A stretch of 64,000 nt of DNA from Octopus vulgaris. Lineage: Eukaryota. The notes beneath the pieces were generated by a model, which was not told where the DNA came from, did no database searches, and was given only the letters and a program-made list of their open reading frames with translations. The position numbers and the translations under genes are program-made. Positions 28,479 through 41,936 of this stretch are shown one piece after another. The stretch spans positions 9,176,001 through 9,240,000 of the forward strand of contig OX597825.1 of NCBI GenBank assembly GCA_951406725.2. Direction: 5' to 3'. Each line of letters begins with the position of its first letter. The first letter of the stretch is position 1.

Positions 28479-28659
28479 TCGGCTATAATTTCTGGAACGT
28501 AAATTAACTTATTTTAGTTTTAAATACAACTTCACACGGGCTCTAAAATGCATTGACTATTCAACTGCTGATAATATTTAATAAACTAGAAACATTTTTG
28601 TCTACCTATACCCAGTCCAGTATATTAATTTTATTCCTGCCGGAATAAACAGGCTAGTG

Positions 28660-29070
28660 GTTTATGGGCAGCTTCTCACGGAGGCGGAGGTAACAATTAG
28701 AAGAATACTGATGAAGGAAGCCTTATATGGTTTTGAGAAAATCTTTGCGATAGTCCAGCAGTTTGAAGATGAAGTGAGCAGAGTGGGGTCTATTTATCTC
28801 TCCTTAGACCTGTAGGCGTGTTTGTAATATATGTATCATCCCTTACAGCTATTGGCCGTTATGCTCGTGCAGTGACAAGCGTTGTTATAGAATGTGTGAC
28901 GTCACTAAGAGGCAAGGACGCGCTAATAGGTGGTTTGATAGAATTTGGACATTTTCTGACGTAGAATCGTGCAGCAAATTAATCTGCCATTCCTTGTATG
29001 GTTGATTGGAAAAGTACCTTCAATTGTAGCCGTGAGTAATGGGCATCAGAAAACGAACAGTGTTTGTTGA
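28660..29070 (-). pseudogene. Possible decayed CR1/Jockey-type LINE fragment (EN-RT linker)
   Basis: Minus-strand SSSNCWTIAKIFSKPYKASF resembles the S..DFWxLAK linker motif; weak. Confidence 0.3.
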
Positions 29071-29527
29071 GTGAAATTAGAAGACAGAAAATGGGAGATG
29101 TGTGTGTGTGTCTGTGTGTGTGTTTGTGTGTGTCCGTGTGCGTATGTCTTTATTTGTGCGTACCTGAATGCGTATGTGAGTCTCTAGGTGTGGTTGTACG
29201 TGTGAGCAATTACGTGTGTGTATGAAGTTGTGTATACCTATCCTAAAACCATGACACAAGTTGGTAAATTATTCGTAAAATATGTATTGCACAATTGCGT
29301 TTCTGAAAATATAGGAACAATTAAATATGATCGTTTAGATTTGATAGCCTCAGAATTTTGTCAGTCGTATTATCTTCGTAGGATCCAAAAGTCTAAAGTG
29401 TAATCTGGGATTAATTCCAAACAACCAATAATTCTACGATGACAATAAGACAAAACCAACAATAATATTTCTCGTCTTATTTCTTCTGAATGTATACACA
29501 CACACACGCACGCCCACATATACATAC

Positions 29528-29558
<31 letters not shown>

Positions 29559-29619
29559 ATTTAAAGAAGAAGGCATTTATGTGTACTAAGGCCCTTATTA
29601 TATATATATATATATATAT

Positions 29620-29854
29620 ATGGACATCCCATAAATAATGTGGTTTCTTTAAACTTCTTTTTATTTTTCAAAATGAAAAGAAAGAAAGCTATTTTTCTAT
29701 AATTTCAAATATACTCTCCATTTTCTACAATGTCCTTCCATCCGTTTGGTAGACTTGCAAAACCCCTTGTCCAAAATTCACTTGTTCAAGAGGATAAATA
29801 CTCCCCCAGAACTGGCCTGACCTCGGATTTATTTCCTAATATTTATTATTATTA

Positions 29855-29893
<39 letters not shown>

Positions 29894-29960
29894 TATATAA
29901 TTTAAAGTAGAAGGCATTTATGTCCAGAAAATATGGTGGATGGGGTATCGTTCCCATTCG

Positions 29961-30004
<44 letters not shown>

Positions 30005-30333
30005 ACATCCCATAAATAATGTGGCTTCTTTAAACTAGCTTCTCTGCTCCTTCGTAAAAAGTTATGATGGAATTTTTCTTCCACCAGGGTTTGCAGGACG
30101 TTCTCGTCGAGGTCTAAATCAAAATATTTTTAACATGCGCCTGCCTTTGTCACTTCCATTATAGCTTTGCAAAAAAAAACTTTTTAAATCAAACTGCACT
30201 CTACTAAACTTGCACTAACAATAAGCACAAGGTAAAATTACTACCTGCTTTCATAGCAAGTTGATGCAGTTTATCTTGTACCCCTCCGACGTTTAGTTCA
30301 TTCAATTGAAAAAACCACTTAATTTATGGAATA

Positions 30334-30342
<9 letters not shown>
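29620..30342 (-). mobile_element. Rearranged mariner remnant with duplicated terminal repeat
   Basis: C-terminal peptide EFWTRGFASLPNGWKDIVENGEYI (about 29715-29790). TGGACATCCCATAAATAATGTGG at 29621 and 30002, with an inverted diverged mate near 30310-30340. N-terminal-like DLDENVLQTLVEE at about 30075-30118. Confidence 0.75.
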
Positions 30343-30371
<29 letters not shown>

Positions 30372-31026
30372 TGTACATCTATGTATGTATATGTGATTAT
30401 ACGTTTGCAACTGTGATAGTGATTTTGTCCTTCCGTGCAACACTGTGAGAGCATATAGTTTTGTTTGTATATACAGGCGCGCGCGCGTGTGTGTGTGTGC
30501 CTTAGGCATGAAGCTGTCTTAGACAAACTGCTGCTGTGGATTATATAGATAAACAGTTTATCATGTATGAATCTTATGCAAACAATTCAAATTGATTATG
30601 CTGGACACGAATACGATGTACATTATGTAGATAAGGAGAAATGCCATTGTGATCACTTGGAATATCAAATAATAATTTGTGACCTGGGATCGAACCTGCT
30701 ATTTCATAAAGAATACTTTCGCTTTTTTTGTACACACTTCCTTAAAGCAAATGAGATTTTACTCCAAGATTCAGTGTACGAAGACCATATTCTCCAACAA
30801 CAATGGCTATTCTCGAAGAACACTTGCTCATTGACATGCTTACTGTCTAGCAACAAAAGTACTACTATGTCTCACACACACACACTCACGCTCTTTCTAT
30901 CATTCTATCTCTCTCTTTCACACTCACACACAAATATACACACACAACCTACATACCCACACACACTTAATGACAGAGCACGTAGAATTTACACATAAAT
31001 ACACACATATGTACACTGTATAAACA

Positions 31027-31078
<52 letters not shown>

Positions 31079-31234
31079 CGTCTGTATGAATATGCATATA
31101 TATAATCGTGTATATATATGTGTGTAAATATATATAGAGAGAGATAGATAGATGATATTTAGATACCAACACATATATTCATATACATATAACCACATAT
31201 ATATATATTATATTAAGTTTGGATTTATTCCCTA

Positions 31235-31294
<60 letters not shown>

Positions 31295-31407
31295 CATACA
31301 TATACTTGTATAAGAAGTGATGGATATACATAGGTTTATGAATAAACGCACACACATATATGTATATATATATATATATACAGAGGGAGAGAGAGACATA
31401 CATATAG

Positions 31408-31441
<34 letters not shown>

Positions 31442-32164
31442 ATCTGTGTGTGTATGTATCTCTGTGTGAGTGTGTGTGTGTGTGCATGTATATATGTATG
31501 TAAACACAGTCACACATATGCATATGAGTGCATGCATGCAAATCTCTCTGTAAGTACATATATATATATATATCTAAATGTGTACAAATGTTACACTTAG
31601 ATACCAGAATGGAATCAGGTTTCTGACCTTTCGTGATCTATGCTATATATGGCAAGATAACGTCTGTTTGTTGCATGTGGTCTGACTAGGATTTGGTACT
31701 TCACTAATTTTGCCGAAAGCATTAGCAGAATAAATGAAATGCTTACAAATAACATCCGTATCAAAGACACCACTTCACTCGAAAGCATTTCGCCATTGTC
31801 ACCTCCATACACACAAGTTCATGTAGATATTTGCACATGTATAATTGTGGTGCGTATATATGTGTGTGTATATCAATATATACGTATGTGTGCCTGTATG
31901 TGTGCATGTTTGTACTTGTGTGTGTGCAGGTGTGTGTCCATGCGAGAGTTGTGTACCTATACACTGTCTTTTTTGAAATAAAATATATAACCTTAGAACT
32001 TAACAAAATGAATTGTGAAGCAAAACCATCATTTATAAAACAAAAAAAAACTGCATATGAATGCATTTATACAGCCATACACACGTGTATACTGCACAAG
32101 TATATAAAAAAAATCAAATATATGTGCGAGGGAGGAAAATACCGGTGCATATATATATATATGT

Positions 32165-32217
<53 letters not shown>

Positions 32218-32240
32218 CCTCATATCGCATATATATATGA

Positions 32241-32314
<74 letters not shown>

Positions 32315-32338
32315 TATATATATATATATACATATATA

Positions 32339-32381
<43 letters not shown>

Positions 32382-32438
32382 ATGTGTACATATATGTGTA
32401 TATGTATGCGTGTAGATATTTCTATGTATGTATGTACT

Positions 32439-32469
<31 letters not shown>

Positions 32470-32715
32470 ATGACCATGAATGTATGCGTTTATATCACGC
32501 TCTCCAAGTGTACTTTACATGATATTGCTGCTGTCGATATGTCAGTCTGGGAAAGTGTATTGATTTCTTTAATTTTACATCTTATCTTCATTTATTTATA
32601 TCTCTATCTATCTATATATCTGAGTGTGTGAGTTTATGCCCATATGTATGTGTGTGTGTGTGCACATATATGTAAGTAAATGTACATGCATGTGTTTGTG
32701 TGTATGTCTGTATAA

Positions 32716-32829
<114 letters not shown>

Positions 32830-32847
32830 GGAGAGATATATAAATGA

Positions 32848-32913
<66 letters not shown>

Positions 32914-33444
32914 TGAAGAGACTCAATTTATGTCGGACTACGCACGCTCATGTGTTTGTGTTTGTGCAATTTAATGCCTTTTCTTTTCTCATTTTATATA
33001 TTTTACAGCATTTCACGTAAATAGACTTTCTTTCCTACCGTATAATTTCGCTTATTTCTTGGTGTGTGTGTGTGTGTTTTTTTCTCCCTATGCATTTTGA
33101 TGCTGGTCAGAAAGATTCTAATTCATTTTTGGTATGGATGTTACCATTCCAATGCCCTGCTTTGCATTTGGATGTCGCTAACAATTATATACAACATGCA
33201 GTATTTTTTTTAAAATAGTGTTATATTGTATGATAACATTTGATACACACACACGCGAGAGTGCGTGAGTGTGTGTTTGTGTTAATGTGTCTATATATAT
33301 AGACACACACGTACATATAATTAATATCGAAAACGTTTTTGTGCGTAATATGACTCTAAACTATAATGGTATAAGCATTAAAAAATATGTGAAAACTTCG
33401 GTACGGTTCTATTTTACCTTGTTTCACATTACGTCTACTCTCTC

Positions 33445-33860
33445 TCTTTTTTACTCTTTTACTTGTTTCAGTCATTCGACTGCGGCCATGCTGGGTTCGA
33501 TTTGCTTTTAGACGAGCAAATCGAACCCGGGACTTATTCTTTGTAAGCCCAGTACTTATTCTATCGGTCTCTTTTGCCGAACCGCTAAGTGACAGGGACG
33601 TAAACACACCAGCATCGGTTGTCAAGCAATGCTAGAGGGACAAACACAGACACACAAACATATACATACACATACATATATATTTATACATATATACGAC
33701 AGGCTTCTTTCAGTTTCCATCTACCAAATTCACTCACAAGACATTGGTCGGCCCGGGGCTATAGCAGAAGACATTTGCCCAAGATGCCACGCAGTGGGAC
33801 TGAACCCAGAACCATGTGGCTGGTTAGCAAGCTATTTACCACACAGCCACTCCTGCGCCT
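33445..33860 (-). mobile_element. tRNA-derived SINE family B, full length
   Basis: Minus strand AGGCGCAGGAGTGGCTGTGTGGTAA...GGGTTCAGTCCC...CTTGGGCAA..., internal TA/CA tract and GTAAAAGAG tail repeats. Closely matches 39150-39552. Confidence 0.92.
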
Positions 33861-34766
33861 AGTGGAATTATTATTAGTATGTGCTCTAATAAAATTTGTG
33901 CACACGTTTTCACGTAGGTAGTCCTGCATATCAATAAAGAGGTAACATGCCGGTGCACACACACATACGCAAATATATGTAAGAATATGCGTGTGTGTGT
34001 GTGTGTGGGGGGGTTGTTTCTGTTCTCCTCTTGTACGTGAAAGTAATCCCACGGTGCAAAATTCTGTTATTTAACACATATAGAAGACTATTACAGGACA
34101 TAACTGTAACAAGTTCACTATCAAACTTTCACTACAAACTATTTCGGAAAGACTTTTGGTCAACGACTATTTGTTCTTGTTTTACCTTGTTTCCGCTTTG
34201 CTGTCAACGTCGGCGACAGCAATGTGTTATATTAATGTCGATAGTTATTAGTCGCCAGCCGGCCGTCATTGAATATGTGGCTGGCGGGGATGGTTGTCTG
34301 TTATTTAACCACATGATAATCTATCACCGGTTGATCATTGCTAAATCTTAGAAATCAAGTGGCTGCTATATTTGTTAACGTGTACAGTGTCTGGCGCAAG
34401 AAATGTATTAGGTTAATGGTCAAAAGTCCAGCAGGAAGTAATGTTGCAGAAATTAAAACTAACATTCGGTATAAATTTCAAAATGTGAAAACACATACAT
34501 TTAATTGTATAATTTTTACGGTGATCGGAATCAGAGATACAGAAAATAGAGGTGATAGCAACTTATAAATATATAGTTGGTAAAAGCAAAAAAAAAAAAA
34601 GACTTAGATCTCTAAAATGTAAAATAAAAAAGCAAAAAAAAAAATGTTTTCCCATCCAGCTTCAGTAGAAAGACGGCAGATTTGCGACGAATGTTGACGG
34701 ATCATAAAATAAATACAAAAGGAATTTTACAGCTTTCTGTGTCATAAATTCGCCTGATTATATACG

Positions 34767-34776
<10 letters not shown>

Positions 34777-34836
<60 letters not shown>
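34777..34836. repeat. (TG)n microsatellite
   Basis: Perfect TG array adjoining TA arrays. Confidence 0.95.
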
Positions 34837-34839
<3 letters not shown>

Positions 34840-34844
34840 ATATG

Positions 34845-34884
<40 letters not shown>

Positions 34885-34981
34885 TATGCACATATAGAAA
34901 TATATATGTAAATTTATTCATTCATATTTATATATTCATATAAATATATACATATATATACACACATATATAAATGCATTC

Positions 34982-35021
<40 letters not shown>

Positions 35022-35027
35022 GCATAC

Positions 35028-35067
<40 letters not shown>

Positions 35068-35746
35068 GTAAATAAATATAAATTTTTATTTAATTATATA
35101 TATACCATTACACATATATACACATATATAAATACACACTCGTGTGCTCAAAGCAACACACACAAACACAAGTACACACACACACAGAGTCATATATACA
35201 TATATAACATATACATGTATGAAAACACCATTTAAATAAGTAAAATGATTGCATATGATTCTTTTACAGTTAATATCTCTGTGAGCAGGTAATTCAAACA
35301 TCGGCTTTAAATGAAATATTTACATCAGCCAGCGAAATTAATCGAAAATTGTGTGGGCAGTTTGACTACGATTATCGGAAAGCAATATCAGATTGTTGCT
35401 TTTATTTGAAAAAAAAAAATCCAAAATTTATTACCACTGCGTTTAGATGTTTTCACTTCTTTCCATATAACTTTTTAATATTTGCCAGACATTTGAACTA
35501 GACGTATATAAACATAAGTTACGACATGCCTAAACATAAACAATGAACGCACACAGTCAAAACGTCTTTCGAGATCACGTATATATATACAAGCAAATGA
35601 AATTGAATCGTATAAATATATGTGTGTATAAAATGTGTGTGTGTATGCGTTTAAAAATATGTGTGCAAGTGTGAGTATTATCGTATAAAAATATGTGTGC
35701 GCATGTCTATGTGTTTGTATGTATATGTCTGCATCTATGCATTTGA

Positions 35747-35806
<60 letters not shown>

Positions 35807-36139
35807 ATACGTGCATAATTAGGTGCATATTTACTTGTGTATGCACGTATATATAAGCATATTTATATATGTACATATATATATATATATTAACATACAT
35901 AGCGATATAGACCGATAGATTGGATGATCGATTCAACGATAAATAGGTAGACAGATAGATAGTTATATGCATATGCGAAAACACAAATATATAATACATA
36001 AATATAAATAAAAAATATGCACATACATAAATATATATTTACATATTGAGACATTTCCACGCAGGCAAGCACACACGACAGCGCACACACACACACACAT
36101 GCACACACACAAACAAACAAAGTACATATATATTACATT

Positions 36140-36305
36140 TTACCATGATAGATCGCTAGCCACTACACATTATTTTCTCTTGTTGTTTCTTTCTGTGTTC
36201 GTTTCTGTGGAAGAGCGTTGGCGCGAAACGTTAAAGACTTTTCACTTCCCGAGCGTTAACACCACCTGTCTTCCTCTTTTGTTTATTTTTTTGTGAATTC
36301 TCCAT
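36140..36305 (+). mobile_element. Short dispersed repeat with a decayed minimal HHR-like motif
   Basis: Inverted homologue of 61530-61725; motif CTGTGGA-AGAGCGTTGGCGC-GAAACGTT. Confidence 0.7.
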
Positions 36306-36308
36306 ATT

Positions 36309-36340
<32 letters not shown>

Positions 36341-36609
36341 GTTAAGATTCATTTGAATTAGTTACTTGAATTGAGGCGCATTGCTAGTTCGGTATAATCC
36401 GCACACCCCAACAATATTATTTGAATATTGAATATCAAGACTCCGTGTAGGCATATTTGTACCCAACATTCCTATCGTTTGTTTGTGTGTTGACATCGCA
36501 TCACAACTAAGTGAAGATATCCGCTCGTGATAATTCAGACGCGTACTTTTTATAAAGGTACTTTCTATAGTATTCTCGACGTGCAGATTCCAAGTTAAGT
36601 GAACAGAAT

Positions 36610-36990
36610 ATAAATAAGTATCGAAGATGTACAGGAGTAAATTCCTTACGGCCGTTTCAAGCGGCTTCATTTTATTGGTTAATGAAAACTTTACATCAGT
36701 TTGAAAGAAACCGTTTATCCTTTACGTTTATCTATCAAACGTAATGGATAAAGCATTTTTTAAAACAAATTTACATCAATAATGGGAACCAAAATATTTA
36801 CATTGCTTCCTTTTGATAGAATTGTGGCAGAATGAGTTTATAAAATTATGCCTTCCTTTTAAAGCCTACTATAGTTTTGCGAGTAATGGTTTAATGTTGG
36901 AGGTGGGGTCAAGACAAAAAGAGTCGTGGCGTAGTTACTTATATTTAGAAAATTTTGTGTAGTAAGTAGTATTCAACCATTTAGAATACA
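36610..36990 (-). mobile_element. Penelope-like 3' end/terminal repeat with HHR-like motif (left arm of an inverted pair)
   Basis: Reverse complement aligns along about 380 bp with 40033-40405; contains CTGATGT...GAAACGGCCGTA. Confidence 0.8.
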
Positions 36991-37124
36991 TGTGGACAGA
37001 GGGGATACGTTTTCATACTAAGAATAATGACCTGGTCTGGAAGAACCTTCCTTTCCATTGCGTAATATGTTGGGACTGATAGGTCTGTTTTCATCAACCT
37101 ATGAATACTAAGAATATTGACCTG

Positions 37125-38130
37125 GTTTGGTATAACCTTCCATTTAATAGTGCAATTTCGACTTATATATATAATAAATTTGCGGCGATTTTGGAGACAA
37201 CCTTCTCAGCTTCAAATAGGAATAGCAAAATCTTCTCCCGTAGGAGAATCAGATATCATATTCCACCCTTCTAAATCTAGGAACATGATTATAGCCCGGT
37301 TGAACAGAAAAAAATATAAATTTCGCCCGCGAGATTGATAATGATAATATTGGATTAACCCCTAATAATAATTCGAATAATAGTAGGTATGAAGGAATCA
37401 ATAATATCATGGATAATACTGAGGACCCACTCTCGGCTAGTAACAATGCCTTCATTATAACTAAGAGAGCCAATAAACCGCGGATGAAGCACCAAGTATC
37501 CCAAATGCAACCATTACTGGTTGATGGCATAACATCTAATGATATAATCCAAGGCAGCAGGGCTAAATTAAATATAAGTAATATTACTTATTATAATTAT
37601 TCGAATAATGGCGAGATAACACTTCTACGAATTTGAACGGTACCTCGAATGACGATACTATAAATGTTGATAATAGGGTAAGTAATGGTATTAATAATAA
37701 CCGCAGTTGCAATTGTAGGGAAATATCCTAATGCCTGCTATTTGGTGAGTGTTTAGCTGGAAATGCCATGCATAAATGTACAGTAGTGATAGAAACTAAT
37801 AACTTCATTTACATTGGACACTCTGTAAATATGAAAAATGCTTCAATAACCATTTTTCGTACTTTATACTTAGGCATAAAGCCAGCAGTACCTCATTATG
37901 TATGAAAATCTGGGGGCTCAAAGATAGTAATTGCAACTTCAGCCTAAAATGTGATATATTCCGTAGAGCTCAGACTTACACAAATAGCCGGTATGGATGA
38001 CAACTATGTTGTATGGAGATATATGGAATATTCAAATAAAGAGATAAACAAAATCTAATTGATAATAAATTATATCTTAGAGTATTATGTGTTCATAGGA
38101 TTACCTGTACGTTTAGATATTTTAGAAGTG
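37125..38130 (+). pseudogene. Penelope-like element, linker plus GIY-YIG remnant
   Basis: WYNLPFNSAISTYI..KF..ILETTF...KIFSRRRI; SCNCREIS*CLLFGECL...NFIYIGHS...NHFSYF..HKASSTSL..KIWGLKD...*QLCCME...LCVHR. Same architecture as 19790-20560. Confidence 0.85.
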
Positions 38131-39149
38131 GGTAATAATAAGTATATTTGGTAGTACGAGTTATACTCGGCGTCATACCATTCGAGGCATACCCTCTTTT
38201 ATTTCGTAATGTTTTATTTCTTGTAACCCTTAACCCATTTGATCTGGAATCTTTCAATAATTATATTATATATTTACCCCTTCATATTGACATTCGCTTC
38301 CCTCATAATAAATCTTGAACCTCCCCTAATTATAAGCTATAACTCTAGGATCTGTTCTTATTCCACCTACATAAGTGTATTTCATGTATTTTACAAATAT
38401 TTTATAAACCCACTTCAATCGATATTCATATTATTATTATTTTAATTTTTTTAAATAAACTTCTTATACATATATTATTATTTTTTTTTAGGGTATTTAT
38501 AATAATAACATATCTAAGAATTCTTTTCAATATACCATTTGTAATTTATATCATAATTAATAAAATAATCCTTATTTTATTTTATTTTGACTTATCCTTC
38601 TTTTTATCTTTGCTATACCTTTTATATCATTCTGTAAATAAATATTTTATAAAATATTTATATTCTTTAATATTTCATATTATTGAATTTATGTATTTGT
38701 ATGCTCTCTTATACATTTCTGTAGCTTTTATAGCTTATAAAGAGTTTATAATATCTCTTCATAAAACTCACTGTATAATACAATATCGTATTTAAATTTA
38801 TAATTAAAAATGATGTGTTATACATTTTTTATATCTATTTTCGATATTTTTATACATTTGTATATCCTTTTATATGCGTTCCTGGTGTTTGTAATTCATA
38901 GATAAGTTTTTCATAAGGTTTTTTTTATATAATTTACTGGATATGAGAATCCTTATTTTAGTATATTTTTTAACCATGCAGTATTCATTAAATCGATTTA
39001 GGTATACATTTTCTATCCCTCTATTTCAATCACTCCTTTATTCGATGCTACATTTTACGATACCTCATATTTATCCACCCGTATTGAAGAGTCTAGTTTC
39101 TTTTTATTGCTTTAAAATATTCTATGTACTTCTACCCATATGCTCTTAC

Positions 39150-39552
39150 ACTTTTACTCTTTTACTTGTTTCAGTCATTTGACTGCGGCCATGCTGGAGC
39201 ACCGCCTTTTTTAATCGAGCAACTCGACCCCGGGACTTATTCTTTTGTAAGCCCAGTACTTATTCTATCGGTCTCTTTGGCCGAACCGTTAAGTGACGGG
39301 GACATAAACACACCAGCATCGGTTGTCAAGCAATGCTAGGGGGACAAACACAGACACACAAACACACACACGCATATATATATATACATATATACGACGG
39401 GCTTCTTTCAGTTTCCGTCTACCAAATACACTCACAAGGCTTTGGTCGCCCCGAGGCTATAGTAGAAGACACTTGCCCAAGGTGCCACGCAGTGGGACTG
39501 AATCCGGAACCATGTGGTTGGTAAACAAGCTACTTACCACACAGCCACTCCT
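39150..39552 (-). mobile_element. SINE family B, near full length
   Basis: Colinear with 33445-33860. Confidence 0.92.
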
Positions 39553-40032
39553 ATTATATGATAATGTAATTTCGTTATACATTCAGTTTGGAATGCCTTT
39601 ATCATGACCGTCTAAACAATATGTTTAGAATATTTTCAATAATTATTTCTCGTATATCAAGGTATTCTATTATTAAGTCTTAAGATTAATTTCTACCCTT
39701 CTTCTATATATATTGATTTGATTTTTTCTCAATTTAATATTATAAGTTTGCTAAGTCATAAATTACTACCGCCCGGATCCTTCAGTTCTTATTTCCGCCT
39801 CTAAATTCTATATTAATTATCTCTTTTGGTCTTTCATTATATCCTGCCTTCTTTCTCCCAGTTATCACCCCTTCCCCATCAGGCATTTTCTTACTACCAG
39901 CAGTCCAACCTACTCTCTTATAGAGATAAAGCTAGATATATGTTTCCTGTACATTGGGAGTCTAATAGATTGTGTGACATTAATTGACTTAGCACCATTA
40001 AGTAGAATACAGTTGACAACTCCTAATGGATT

Positions 40033-40405
40033 TAATTCTAAATGGTTGAAAACCACATACTACACCAAGTCATCTAAATATAAGTAACTACGTCACGAAT
40101 CTTTTTATCTTGACCCCCCCACTATCCCCTCTGCTACTCCCTAAATTATAGTAGGCTTAACAAGGTATACATTATTTTCTAAAATCATTCTGCAACAATA
40201 GCACAAGAAAAAAATGTAAATATTTTGGTTTCCATTATTGATGGAAATTTGTTTTTAAAAAATGCTTTATCCTTTATGTTTGACGTTTATGCGTTCATCT
40301 GAGAACGGTTTATTTCAAACTAATGTAATGATTTCATTAATCAATTAAATGGAGCCGCTTGAAACGGTCGGAACGAATTTACATCTATATAGCTTTGTTA
40401 CTTAT
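40033..40405 (+). mobile_element. Penelope-like 3' end/terminal repeat with HHR-like motif (right arm of an inverted pair)
   Basis: Inverted copy of 36610-36990. Decayed C-terminal peptide TYYTKSSKYK*LRHESFYL, then CTAATGT...GAAACGGTCGGA. Confidence 0.8.
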
Positions 40406-40534
40406 ATATATATATGTATGTATAAGTGTACGATGGGTAAATTGTGGCTATTTTATATTTTTAATTTCGCACATGAAGCTTATTTCATTATATTTTGTCG
40501 ACTACACAGTAGAGTATGGTCAGTTGGGCACCGT

Positions 40535-40835
40535 CTGTGAGAAAGAAACTGCAACACAGCACAACCCCATCTCCCAGAACTTTGGAAACGACATCTTTGG
40601 AAATTTCTGCCAGGATCAGATGGTGTACTCACAGAAAAACTGTTCCCAAAGCATGTACCGAATCAACATCATGACGTTTGGAGTGATCACTCATGATGGC
40701 GACGGTATGCCTCCATTCATCTCCCCACACTGCCTCACTCGCAAGACGGAAGCCTACATCAAGTGCGTAGAGGAGATAGTGCTGCCCTGGGTCAAGTGGG
40801 TGGCTACTGGAAGACCCTATGTCTGGTAACAGGAC
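40535..40835 (+). mobile_element. Tc1/mariner-superfamily (maT/DD37D-like) transposase fragment
   Basis: NFCQDQMVYSQ...NIMTFGVITHDGDGMPPFISPHCL..KTEAYIKCVEEIVLPWVKWVATGRPYVW*QD, running up to the second catalytic Asp (QQD). Confidence 0.8.
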
Positions 40836-41692
40836 ATGTTTCTTTAATGAAACATATTAGATTTAAAATGGTCGAAACATCCCTCCCTTTTGCAACTCAG
40901 GTGACTTTGAAAGCAAGGTCAGCAATTTCAACATCTTATTTTATAAATTTCCAATAAGAAAATTAAGCGGATTAAAAGATTTTAACCTGAATAATAATTT
41001 CAAAAAGTAATGTTAGAAAGCAAAAACTTTAGAACTTACGTAATAATTAACATGACATGAATATTTAAAATATTCTTAAAAGTAATTAGTAAGTGCCTAT
41101 AGTACATAGAAAATAAATTTGAGAAGTGAGTATATAACTGTGTATATACGCACACACACACGTATACATGTATATTGAAAAATATAGAAATAAATGTGTA
41201 TATATATATTTATATATATATATATATTCATACGTACATAAATGTAAACAAATATATGTATGCATATACTTACTCATATATATTTACACACGTATGCTTG
41301 TGTTTTGTGTCTGAGTGAGCAGAACAGAATATACGAGATTCTATGTGTGTATACTTGTCAATGTGTTGAGAGTCGATGATATATACAGAAGATAATTTAG
41401 TTATGCTGGGAGGGCATATCGATCACACGTATAGTAAACTATTAATTGCGTTGTCTTCCTCAGGAAAATAGATATAACATCTCCTCACAAATGCTTGGGA
41501 ACAAGCAATATTTTCTATCTTTATATTTTTTATTTGTATACTAAGTACTTACATCTCTCTCAGGTATTACTGGACGTATGAATTATGTCCACACAATTAC
41601 GTACACTTGTATATTTCTTCGTGAAATACTATATGCATTTTGATATATATATATATATATATATATACATAAACACACACACACATACACAT

Positions 41693-41756
<64 letters not shown>

Positions 41757-41882
41757 GTAAGTATGTATATATATATACAAATATACACATACACACAAAT
41801 ATATCTATATATACACATATATATATATAAGGTGTGAATAACCTCTTTCACTATTGAATTGCTTAGTAGAGGTTTTTCTCTA

Positions 41883-41936
<54 letters not shown>

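Noticed and set aside
28705-28750. CTGATGA...GAAA hammerhead-like string
   Set aside because: Helix II is weak and off-register, with no helix III palindrome or helix I partner; probably chance.
30567-30998. 143-aa ORF
   Set aside because: No recognisable motif, and it runs into CA/CT repeats.
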